A stretch of DNA of 64,000 nt from contig CAIIXF020000001.1 of NCBI GenBank assembly GCA_903813345.2, forward strand, positions 20,522,001 through 20,586,000, written 5' to 3'. This document shows positions 48,350 through 61,100 of this stretch, in pieces (position 1 is the first letter of the stretch; each line of letters opens with the position of its first letter). Below the pieces are notes generated by a model. The model saw only the letters and a list, made by a program, of their open reading frames with translations. It ran no database searches and was not told the origin of the DNA. The translations under genes and the position numbers were made by a program. This DNA is from Owenia fusiformis. Its lineage: Eukaryota.

Positions 48350-51300
48350 TATAATAATCTTTTGTAATTTTTACCTCGAAATATTGTGCTTGATGCCCAC
48401 ACAACGTGAGACTAGGTAAACTCTTGTAGCTGGACATTGGATTATTGCTACATAGTGCTCGAGTCATGATAAATACAATATATTTCCAGGATTTTTCTTG
48501 AATCTTTGGATGGTTATGGACCATTCTGTTATTTCCAAGACATTTTAGGCATCAAGCTTTATATTTTGAGGAAACAGAATTGGAATACCATATATTACTA
48601 TTGCAGTATTTCTTTAATATTGAGTATGGATGAGACACCACCAGACCCTTACTAGATGTCCCAACACTTCATAGTGAAAGTAGTATGTAAGAAATATGAT
48701 AATGAAATTATATGAAAATGGTAGCATCTGTCATGTCATGTGATGGTCAAAGTTATGTTATGTCATTCCTCATTTATAATTGAAATTATTTAAGACCTAC
48801 ATTGGGTCTAACTGAAGACAATTTGCAAAAGATACAATGTTATTTGTGTATTATTGGGGTTATTGGGATAAAATCTGGTGAGAAAGTTCAGATTTCAGAT
48901 TTTCCCAAATTGTTGCATGAAATGTTTATTGCTTTGATGAAGTAAATTGTGTTATACTATTGATATAATAGTTGAGATAAAAATATATCGAGAGAATTTG
49001 TAGAAGTGATATACAAAGGACATTTCTATATCTGTATTTTGCTGAAAGTTTTATGACTTTCCAGTTTCTGCATGTTTTTTTTTTATATCAATCAAATGTT
49101 CTTTAATGAAACATTATTATGTGAATAAATGTAAAATTGGACTTTCTGCAGATTTTTCTAATAGCTTGAGATGATTTTAAGTGACAGGTCATTAAGCATT
49201 TAAGGCTGCATGTACATCTTTTGTTGTTAATTTGCAACAACTAAGAAACCAATATGCTTATTGCGAAGCCCTTTGAATGTGTTCTCCATCCTTCTGTATC
49301 TCAGGCTCATTAAGGTACATATTATAGAAGTATTATCTATTTGAATTGATTAAGCATTTTAAGGTCCATAGCTGGTAATAATTGCAGAGTAAAAACCAAA
49401 CCAGCTGTGGACCTTTCGATTATTTTACATGACATTAAGGAATTAAGTTAAAACTTCATTATTGACATCTTAACTGCTGTAACATTCAGCACTCTGCTAA
49501 ATTGCCAATTTTATGATTGGATGAAATAAAGATAAATGTGAAAATTAAAAATTATGTTGTGTTCCTTCCAATTTGTGGAATTGTTGCCATGCAAAAGCAT
49601 TGAGGTGAAACACCATTTAAGAAATATAGACCGAAAAGCAGGGGTTATATCATCGAATACACCCCGCAGGGCTAGGCACATACGTTTTCTGTACCCCGAA
49701 TGACCGAAGGGATTGAGGGGTTCGAAACCTATTGTGCCTAGCTCCAAGGGGTGTATTCGACAATATTACCCCTGCTCTGAGGTCTATATTACAATTCGAA
49801 CATGAAAACTCACCAAATTGTTTTGAATATTCATCATGGTCCCCCATTACTACGACCCACCATTATGACGTCACACATTACACGTATTAACTGGGTTATT
49901 GATCTCGAATATAACCCAACTGAAGCATTGACTTTGTACGGTTTATAGAAGGCGTGAATACAGTCATGTTCGAATATATTTTAACCTTTTCACTACAAAT
50001 CAATCTTGACTGGAAACAATGGAAAGAAGAGAGTGGTTTCCTGAATAAAAATGAAGACTAAAGATTTCATTTGGCATACATGTTTTATTTAGTATGTTTT
50101 GTTTTAAATGGTACATTAAATTACAATACAACTGTACTATACAATATACTATTACTACTACATGTAGTATGATATCACCCATCAGAATAGTGCAGTTCTT
50201 CTAGTCATGTCAATAGCATCCCAACTGTCACCTGTTCAGCTTTAAAATAGAGTTGGTCATACAATTCTAGTAAAAATATGTGAATTTGAAAAGTTCATAC
50301 AATTTTACAATTTCTAAAAGCTAAAAATGGCTATTTAGTTGGACAACATCATACTGATATGGCATCACAATACATCACATATAAAATGAATGCTATTCAT
50401 ATCACAACCAGCAATACAATATTTAGGTTAATTACCACAACATCTGATCCTGTTTATGAATTGAATTTAAACCTCAAAAAGGTAATTATAAAATGACTAG
50501 TCAAAATTAAGTGAAATTATGCCAAGACACAAAAAGAAAATTATAATTTTATTACAAATATGAGTGTGAAATTTTCCAAGGTGACAGAAATAGAAGCAAT
50601 ACATTCAAAATATGGATGTAATTGCATGGTACTCATAACTTATTTGAATATCAGCACCTCAAGAAATGCATGCATAGAATAACCAGGCATGACCCAGATT
50701 AAGGTAGGCAGATTGTGATCACATTTTTTATTTACATATATTTTTATTTTGTCATGTTCCTTGTTCTACACCTACCTTAAAATCATGTTTGTAATTAACA
50801 TTTCTTCAATGCACCAGAAGTAACAAAACAAATCTACTAAAAAATTCAAATGCCTAATATAATATCTATGAACTAACAAAATATATTTACTGAATATATT
50901 AATGTTAAAATGTATTAATAAATGAGGTCTCAAAACTCCAGTAACCCATTGTTAGAATTAAATAAATTTAAAAACCTGTCCAAGTCTACCACTTCTAAAT
51001 ACCATATACATAGCCAGAAGTATAACATATTTGCACAATACACTTCTATTCTGAACCACCATTGTGATATGTCATGGGGAGGAGTAAATATTTCATGATA
51101 TGACACTTTTATATATGATTGAAGATTCTTTCACACATGAAACATATACTTGGAAATCTCAATCTCATCACTCTAATGGGATGAATATACAACTATCAAA
51201 CTATTATTGTATGTTACTCCCTTATTTAACATCAGTGACTGGATCCTTATTAGTGAAATGACAATACATGTTTGTTTCTTTATGATAGCAATATCCATTA

Positions 51301-52096
51301 TTCTTCAAACACACCCATAAAACCAAACACAAGCAATGCCTTCGAGTAATTTAAACTGGTAAACCGTGATATTGATTGTTTAACGCTGTGAAAAACATTC
51401 AACATTGTCATCAATATGAGAGACTGAAATGGTTTCATGGATGGTTCAAGTATTGCATAAGAAGTATAGTCATACCTAATATGGATATGAAAACGACTTA
51501 TAAATGACCTAATATGAGGTATCATGATGAGAACACATGTTTTGAGTATTCAATCTGTCAGAACCTGACTGCTTTCATACAATAATAGAATATGTAACAA
51601 GTGTCATGAGAAGCTCAGGACATCCTTGATCCCAGAGAAATGTCTACTAATTATGCCGAGTTCACTATAGGGCTGTGTTCAATATAGTCTAGCATTCTTC
51701 GATATAGGAAAATGTCCACTATAGGTCAGTGATCATAATCAGCTGGTATTTACTAACGCTTAGTGTCTGAATAGGCAAAAGTACCTGTTGTTATGGCCTC
51801 ATTTCACTCAAAGAGTATGAAGCCTTCTTTTAACAAAGAAAAATCAAACTATTGAAATGGTAGTATATACTTTGGGCTAGAGTAATATAGGTTAATAGTA
51901 TAATGCCTAACATAGGCCACTGTTCATTATCCTGTAATATTAATGCTAGTTCTCATAGGTTAAATATTCAGTCGATATGCTTTCAGTAGAATCAGAGGTG
52001 TTCAAAATGCTTTACTGAGTGTCCAAACTTGAAATGTATATAGTATGTAGTGTGCGTAGACCTAGCTTGTCATAAACCAGGTTTGCTGGCAGACCA

Positions 52097-55000
52097 TCAG
52101 CTGCTAGTGCTAGGGTGGGCATTCTGGAGGTACTGAGTTAGAAGAACATCAGGGGGACAAAAGGCTGGTTTGCGATTCTCAACCTGCGTTTGGCGAACTC
52201 CATTACTCTCAAAACCTGAAGGGAAGAAGATGAATTGAACATAGTATTATTAGGAAGAATCAGAATGCTATATAATTGTATATTGAAAATACAACCTAGA
52301 GAGCATGCAAAGACTGTTCTTGAAATTGAGCCACTGGGATCATCTTATGACATGAACCTTCACTACATACAATTAAAGAAACAGCAATTTTTTAGATGGT
52401 TACAAATTCACTATTAAATCTGTGGTAAAATAATCAGTTTCAAACCTTATTAATTCTTTTTTGATTTATGTGTTAGAATAAACAGTGTACTGTCCTAAAA
52501 ATGTACTACTCACTCTGAGAGGAGAGGTCCAGGTACTGACATATGGCATGTAACAGGAGACGTTCAAAGCTGCTTTGCAGGGATGACACATACACCGATG
52601 ATGGCCACTCCTCAAAGAAGGAGAGAATCTGTTCCTCTAGCTGTGCTACCATGCCCTACAAAAAGCAATCAGAATATTTTTTTCACATCATAAAACTGTT
52701 TGGATCATGAAAAGATGGTACAGTGATCCATTCTAAGTTTTGATTCACAGTGGTTGAGGGTGACGCATCTTGGATTTTGCATCAAATTATAGTTGAAGAA
52801 CATAAAAAAAATCATTAAAAAGTTCTTTATTACATTTATTGACAACAAAGCATATGCATCAAAACAAATCCACAATTCAAAACTCTGAAACTACAGTCTA
52901 CACCCCATATGGTTCAGTAGCAGAGGTTATCGCTATCGCTTGACCCAAGGTTCAATTCCTGGTTCAGACAGAATTGTTTGTGTTACTATGCTCCACAACT
53001 CATATAAAAGGTTTCGTTATGTACTTGTATGTCTTTGTATTAGTGCACACAAAAAGCTCCTCCAAGAAGGGATACCTGGCTCTGTCTTCGAGTGTAAAAC
53101 ATGTCAAGTGTGGAATATATCCATGAGGTAGCATGGGCGTAGCATCAAGTAATCTCTTTGAAAAAAATTTCCCCAGGAGCATACCCCCGATCCCCCCAAG
53201 ATGCAATCAGAGTCAGACATCCCCAACTGGGCGTAGCAACTCAAAATATAGCACAACACCCATGGGTATTGCCTGCCAAAATATGGAGGTAACCAAAATA
53301 CAATGAAATACGCTGCAATGAACTTACCAGGGGAACATGCCTACGACGTAGCATTGATCTGAGATTGCTATCCACTCTTTGGAAGCACTCTTTGGCACTG
53401 AAGGCAGGGTGAACTGAAATATACAGTCAAATACATGAAGTGGAATGATAGCAGTAAATACAAAACAGCTCATAAACTGAACAAGGGTAACATTTGCAGG
53501 TATATGCAAAAAGAAGTCTATTAGCTAGAAACTTTTTCTTCAGTCGATTTCAGTCTCTTTCATTCTCCCACAGGATATGAGGAAAAACAAAAAGTATTTT
53601 AAAGTTAGTTACGGTTATGGCACTTAAATGTGTAACAGGGGGTTCAGACCATCACTCACCATTCCTGCTGTCAGCCAGGTCCACCCAATCACCATCCATG
53701 TCTTCACCATCTGAATGGCTATGTTCTGTGGTAATCAACACCTCCTTTGCTCTGTTCAACACTCTGTCTTGCTCATCTTCAGACTGGTTGATAAAGTCAT
53801 TCCATAACTGAAACATTTTGAAGAACTTTCATGACAACAGACAAGTAACAAATTGACACCAATGCAGAGGTATGGCTTGCCAATCCCTACTAAGTCATAT
53901 ATCAAAATATTTATGATGAATGCACTTATTGGTAATTAGTCTTTCACGATATGCCAAAATATGGATATAACTAAATATTGAAAATAGACCAAACAAGAGT
54001 AAACATTTTAATTAATTGAATGTGCCAATTAATTAATCAAAATATTTAGTCCAGTTGACTAGGTTCATTTTCAAATTATATGATAGCAAATACATGAATT
54101 ATGATAATGTCTAATAAATTGTTCAGAGAAGAGAACTCTGTGTTTACCCAGAGAAGAGAATCTTTCAGAGAAGAAAACTCTGAAATGTGTTCATGTAACA
54201 TCAAACTCCTTGCAAGTCAATTATACAAATACTGTATTGAAAACAAATGCAAATCTACTTGACTTGATATCTGTCCATCAATATGATTGCAAAGATTAAA
54301 GGGTCTTGTTTAGACATGAAAGATAATCTGGAAAGTAATTTATTTTGATTGTGATATTAATCTACACATATCCATAAGGTAAATGGTACATTGAAAACAA
54401 GACCCTTTAATGAGCAATACATTTAATTCAAGACTTGCACAGAGGTTTGAGTCTCACTTTCATTTTCTCTTCCTCCAGGAAAAGTTTGGTGAATGTTGAT
54501 ATGGTTGGTTGAATGAGTTCTGCAAATCCACTGACATCACAGGGTTCGTCTTTCTCACCAAGTTCAAGGAGATGTTTCACTGGAATAGCAACAGATGGCA
54601 CTAATTGAAAGCATTCTGCTGATTCGAAGATTGAGCATGCATACTGAATAATAAAAAATTTAAAAAATCTAAGACATCTAACACTCTATTAGCCTTGCCC
54701 AAGTCGGTCTCTAACTTATTTTGATTTCTATTATGACCGCCTTGTACCCAAGAGAAAGTCACTTGCTTTATCAACAGTTTGTTCATGTCGGTAATTTTGA
54801 CCAATCAACGACAGCCCTGCAGTGTTAGCTCATTATCATGCACGGTCAAAACAAGCACACTTTTCACGAACAAATCTTATTGAATTGCATGATTTAATTT
54901 ATATTAATGATGCATTACATTTAATTGCATAAGATAGTGTAACTCTGAAGAAATAATCGATCAGATCCCGGGATCAGATCATTGAAAATTTCAAGTCGTA

Positions 55001-57822
55001 GATAGGTAGTTTGCTTTGTTAATGCGGGTAAACCTGAAAATGTTTTGATTGGTCAATCAGCCTGAAATCACACGTTGTGTCCACACGGTCTTGTCAATCA
55101 ATATGGTTTCGTGACACCCCTGCCGCTGAATAACTTATCATAATATCAGCTGGGATTCATTAGATTGTACAAGGTGATAAGAATTCAAGATCAGATAAGT
55201 AAAAAAAATACCGACTTGGGCAAGGCTAACAGTCTACATATCCCTCCCATATTCCTCCCAGTTCCCATTTGTGAATATTATATGGTTTGAAAACTTTAAA
55301 TGATGAAAAGTGAATATAACTATATATGTATATAAAATATCACCACTCATATTTAAATGAATAGTAAAGAGTACAGTATAAAATAGAAATTGAATCAACA
55401 AATTGTGTCATAATACTCACAGTTATCGGACCTACGGGTCTGTCTGCTTCCCCTGGTCTGCCTGGAACCTGACCTCACAAAGTCAGTAGTACCAGGAATC
55501 AACCTGTTTGCTGGGTTCTTGTTCTTACGCTTTGGACTTTTAGTCGCAAGAACTGGCATGTTCATTGCATCCTCAATCAGTCTAAAATAAACAAATATAT
55601 AATATATGAAAGTACATGTACAGTCTGACAGTGGAACACCTCTAAAAGTTGAACACTTTTCAGAGTGCCATGACCAATCAAAATAATGTTAAATGAACAT
55701 CAGTGATTGGAACACCTCCAAAGTCAAACAATTTTCAGTCCATAGACTAACTTTAATTAATGTTAAATGAACCTCGAATCTATAAGTGGAACATCTCCCA
55801 AGTGGGACACTTCTTAGAAGTACCAAAGGTGTTCTACTTAGACAGGTTTTACTGTACTGAAAATGCTGAGTGGAATCTATGGGGCAAATAAATACAAATT
55901 CTGAGATACAGCACTTTATTTGTAATTTCTGTAACTAAAATTTCTGGAACATTTTTGAGTGATCAAAGTCTCAGGGAACAAATACTGCACATTTCTAGAA
56001 AACTCATTAAATACAACCTTGAGTTAATTAGGTGCCACTTAATTTGGGATAGTAGTTTAAACCAATCAGATTATTTGATATTTCGCGCACATGAATTATT
56101 CACTCAAAATCACTAATATAAAAATACAATCATAATAGGCAGAGATTGCCCCTACTTCAGTTAACAAAATTTGATCTCAAATTCATGCGAAATGTATCAC
56201 GCATCCCAGGTCATGCATACGCTGGTATGAAGCCTTGGAGACATTTATTGTGGTAAATATAGTTTACAGGGCATATTTTTCTGCAGTTTTAGAGAGTTAA
56301 ATGTTAAAATACAAGAAAATATGCCGACTCCCGACCCGATTACTTTTTGAGAATACTTTAGATTTAGGCCTACTTTATATATAGGAAGAACTGAGCTGAG
56401 TTGTTCATTTGGAATGGCAAACAAATGGCAAAGATGTATTCTTTAACTCTAAAAAAGTTTGGGCCATTTCACAGGTAATAACAAAGGTTGGCTCTAAAAC
56501 CAAAATTGTATCTCCTGACTGCAGAATCTCCTGCATCATCAACCAGCTCATAAGTGGACATACCCAACTCAATAGTCATCGAGCCAAAATAAACCAAAGT
56601 ACAACAAACCTCTGTGAACTCTGTAATAAACCAGAAACTGTGGACCACTACATAAGTTCATGTAAACTCTTCGAAACTAAAAGGCTAGAGCATTACTCAA
56701 AAGTAGATAGGATACTTCTCGGGGATAACACAAACCCTCCCCTTGATTTATGGACTCTGTGTGGACTAAACATGAACATGTCGGAAATCGTCAAACAGGA
56801 AATTAAATAATGCCTTTTCTAGCTACATTAGGGAAACTAGAAGATTCTAGCCTAATGAGCACATTATAAAACTGTATATATTAGTATAAGTGATTTTAGA
56901 CTTTTATGAAAATATAAACACAAGTGAGAAGCACAAGTGTAAGCACAGGTGAAAAACAAGCACCACGAGACTTATCCCGTTCCCGGACTATGGTCCTGTG
57001 AACATCTCAATCTTTTGCCTGTGCGATTACAACATGGGAGAATTTTTTACTGATCTTACACTTCAGATACCTACTGCAATAGATTCCTTGGTAATTTAGC
57101 ATTCTTTTCGTGTAGTTGAATCCACAATTGTCTGGGTTTATCGGCAGAACGAAGACATTTTCGTTTTTGATCGTAATATTTGCGTGTAACATTTAACTTA
57201 TTTCAACCGTCAAATTCCTCCATATTGGTACTTCCGGGCTACATCCGGGACAGCCAAACGGGGGATTCCCCTTTTAAATCCAACCGCCATTTTGAAAAGT
57301 GATGGAATCTCTCTCGATGAAAAAGAGAAAATGTTCCCGTTCTGCCGATATACCCAGACAATCGGCGGTTCCAATATATTAGAAGTTACATCTTGAGTTC
57401 TATAATGCATTGAGGTAGGTATCTTAAGGGTAAGGGGCGTAGATAATTCTCCCAAGTTGTAATCGTACAGGCAAATGAATGTGATCAGTGCAGGACTATA
57501 GTCCGGGAACGGGATAACACGAGACATTTAGCGGCATTATAGCGCATAAAAGGATACAAACAAACAAACAGGAATGATTCCAGTGAAATAGAACACATAA
57601 AACCAGAGGTTTACAGATCTCATTAAATATAATCTTTATCAACATGATCAACAGCTGTTTATGTTGTCTAGGTGTGTATTATGCATAATGTCACTTAATG
57701 TCAAAGTTATGATCAAAAGTTCAGTCAAATCAATGGCCAAAATAATTTATTCACACTTACAGCGCATTTTTATTCACGATACATTCACTTTTTGGTTCTT
57801 CTTGGTCTTTAACAATACCCAT
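52097..57822 (-). CDS. R3HDM4: R3H domain-containing protein 4
   Basis: Exons 57822-57761, 55581-55421, 54579-54458, 53807-53660, 53413-53328, 52655-52514, 52215-52097 splice in frame. Motifs LWNDFINQSEDEQDRVL, HPAFSAKECFQRVDSNLRSML and the R3H motif SSFERLLLHAICQYLDL. Confidence 0.88.
54687..55230. mobile_element. Unclassified TIR MITE
   Basis: TIR ttagccttgcccaagtcggt...accgacttgggcaaggctaa. Confidence 0.65.
56409..56870 (+). mobile_element. 5'-truncated non-LTR retrotransposon (ORF2 C-terminal CCHC region), antisense in an R3HDM4 intron
   Basis: SGHTQLNSHRAKINQSTTNLCELCNKPETVDHYISSC is a typical LINE ORF2 C-terminal zinc-binding motif. Confidence 0.7.
56972..57517. mobile_element. TIR element with an 8-bp TSD and non-hAT termini
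   Basis: TIR ttatcccgttcccggacta, TSD cacgagac. A relic of the same end is at ~43862. Confidence 0.8.
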
Positions 57823-58195
57823 CTTTTATGAGTTTTAAATATCCACTGTTTGTAGTGATGGCAAATTGTTAATAAAGACAAAATATCCAAATTCTGGCTC
57901 TGGCTCTATTGCACCAAAATCTGGCAATAGGTCAAGGTTATTTATGTTGGTTTATCTAAGAATACTTCCTCCCTCACTTAAGATAAATGTTATCACGTTG
58001 TTGCGTTTGAGAAAACACACCAGACTATCTTAAAAAAGCGTTAAATTTCAAAAGATAACATATTTGCATAAATGTCACTTTGACATAGTTTCAAATGTGA
58101 TACTGTAGAGTTTCTTTGTAAATATAATAGAATAAAGGGAGTAAATTTGAAAGATAGATCAACCAATTAAAATCCCGCGAGAGCCGAGATCAAAC
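57823..58195. promoter_or_regulatory. Putative bidirectional promoter between R3HDM4 and the dehydratase gene
   Basis: The divergent ATGs are separated by only 373 bp; CCAAT at ~58163. Confidence 0.55.
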
Positions 58196-61100
58196 ATGGA
58201 GTTTGTAGTCGCGGAAATTTCAAAACTGTTTCAAATTCTGACAATATTTACCATATTGGTATTAATTTACAAACTATATATAATCGTAGACACTGATTTT
58301 TATTATTACACATATTCAGGAGCCCCTCCATTATGGAAAATGATGTTTAAAGCTTTTTATAGGAGCTTATGCAAAAGTTTACAAAGTGAAAGATTTGAAA
58401 ACTTTGCAAACGAGGATGAGGTTCAAAGTCAAGTTCAAAGATTGTATCCAGTGGTTGCGAGGAACTGCAGGTAAACATTGTCAACACGTGATTATCAACT
58501 TATTGATTATCATTATTGAACTTATTTAATACATTATGGAATTTTTTCGGGTCAACAAAAAGGCCTTACAACCTCAAGTTTGGCTGCTATGCCACCTTTG
58601 GCCTTTGTATTCCTAGATTTAGGCTTAAGCAATTAACTTTGTCATTATTTGACAGATAGTTTCGTTTGGTACTGCTAAGTTTCCCACCATACACGCGAAA
58701 ATCAAAAAATGATTTAAAGAATCAAATATTAGTGTGAACTGTTACCATTATAAAGCATTGTTTCGACTGATCGATCACTCATTACATTTAAAAAAGAATC
58801 ATCTGCACAGAAGAGAATAAATTAAAGGTAGGGAAACTGCCGATACCTTTGAGGCTTGGTCCTTTAAAGGTTGAATAAAGACTATACAGGACGTCCACAA
58901 AAAAAGTATACCCAACTTCAGAACCAAATTACTAGAATCCTGAGCAATCTTTTTGAAATCCAAAGGCTACAGCAAAAAGCCTTATTTGTCCTCCATCAAA
59001 TGGTACCTAGATCATTATGTAACTGTCACGTATGACTGAGCAATCATGACCATTCTGATAGGTGGTAAATTTAGCACTGTGCCAAGTTATCTTCCTGTGT
59101 GGCAATCGATGTGTGATTGGCTTAGTATTCTTTTTCTGTTACATTATGTTAAATGACAGGACTTTCATAATGAACTGGACTGGGGGCTGAGTAGCTCTCT
59201 TATGAAAACAAGATTTGGCAAAAAGCTTACTTACTCTAAAATAGGCCTGCAAACATGGTTCAACTTACACCTGATCAGAAGAGCCAACTAAAAGCGAGTC
59301 CAGTGTACTGTTCAAGAATCCCTATTCTTACTATTGAAAATGGATTCTAGCAATACTGTCCAACATGAATCTACTTGTTGAGACTCAATCAACTTGAGTT
59401 CTTGTGAGAAAATGAGGATTTCAGCAAGGGTGTATTGACTTCAATGGGGGATACTATTGACTTCAAGGCTGCATATCATCAAGTAGAAGTTCCATTGCTG
59501 TTCAAGAGACTCTTGGGATCCAATTCCCGCGGGGGAGGTAGCAATAAAAAGTTATGGAAAATTATGCAAATAGGTTGAAGAACATGGAACAAGTTTGAAT
59601 TTGAACATTAAAAATGTTTTGAACACAAAAAAAAAACATTCATTGTGCCAATCCTACTTGAATGCTAACTTGGCACAGTGCTGATTTTACCACCTTTCAT
59701 AAAAGTCTTGATTGCTCAGTCATCCATGGCAGTTACATAATGATCTGGGTACTATTTAATGGAGAATAAACTAGGTCTTAAACTGCAGCCTTTAAATTGT
59801 TGAAAAATTTCTCAGAATTCTGGTATCCTGGCTTTGAAGTTGGGTATACTTTTTTTGTGGATGCCCTGTAGAAGAAATTCGGGAGTCATTTTACCTTTCC
59901 CGAGCTATTAGTGCAACGTTTGGCCTAATGTCTTCTTCGCAATACCTATTTTCTTAAAATATATGCACTTGTCCATGAATACCACCAATCAGACTTGCAA
60001 ATAGACTTCTAAATAAGCAATTGATTTGAAAGGTTGGACGTCCCGCATTTTGTTTTTTGAAACATTTCTAAATCTCCGCCATTTAAAATTCTTGCTGCAG
60101 CTGAGATAGGTAAGACTGCATGTTACAGTATAACCGCGGTTGTCTGATATAACCGTATGCATGGTACACGATATGACCGCCGTTGACGGTCTATTACCGG
60201 CGACTCTTGCAGTTAATCTGATCCACTGACGAAGAAAAATCAAGACTTAAACACCTCAAATCTGCCCATATTCAAGGTCTTCTTGACACGCGCATGGTAT
60301 GAAGGAAACAGAATGTTGGATAGAACGTTAGGTGAAAACGGGGCTGGAATCCAATGACAATATAACCGGGAAATCATTAAAAGGTACGTGAGCATTTTTT
60401 CTGTCGATGTCGGGAGAAGATTCCCGGGGATTTAGGATGCCAGTGATTGTGAATATCGGCAGAAATTAGGTACGTTCGGGGGTTTTCTTTGTAGCTAATG
60501 AAAATAGATGTTAGCCTTGATGAAATATTCAAAATTTGATATATTTTGACACCAGGACCATGATCGTTGGATACGTCTCTGCACTGTTTATTCAACCTTT
60601 AAATCATGATCAATTTCCCCAAAGAATCAAAGCATTAGTCTATTCGGTGTGAGGTTATTTTGAGAAAAAATGTCAAAAATAATAAAAGGAAAACTCAAAA
60701 TAACACCATAATTAGTGGTAGTGAGTGTTTATGCCCGGAGGTTTATGTTTATGTATACAGGCTATATGTACTTCTTTATTTCCTCCATATCATCCAGCAC
60801 TTTTCCAAGCTAATGGTATTGTCATTGACAAATCATTTAACTAAACAATCAACACCATTCATCCTCTACCTTGAATATAAATAGGGAAAGCGAGTAGGAT
60901 GTTTCTTTTTTCCACTTTTTTCTGATCAAGATGGAGTTTTGCCCAGTTGGTCCTCTTGTAAAGGAAAGCAAGCACAAAAACTTTCAGCCAAACCCATTGA
61001 CATTGAGAACCACCTTTGAATGTTTTCTGATACCCATTTGCAATCATGTAAATAATCGTATGAGAATAGCAGAGCGAGAAAGTGTAATTTTCTACATGTT

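Noticed and set aside
52905-52970. tRNA/SINE-like segment in an R3HDM4 intron
   Set aside because: Only a degenerate B box is visible; too weak to call.
54580-54643. Longer R3HDM4 exon 3 using the upstream acceptor near 54644
   Set aside because: It introduces an in-frame TGA; the acceptor at 54580-54581 keeps the frame.
59870-60640. CpG-richer segment in dehydratase intron 1 with short ORFs
   Set aside because: No termini, TSD or protein motif could be identified; probably an old repeat.
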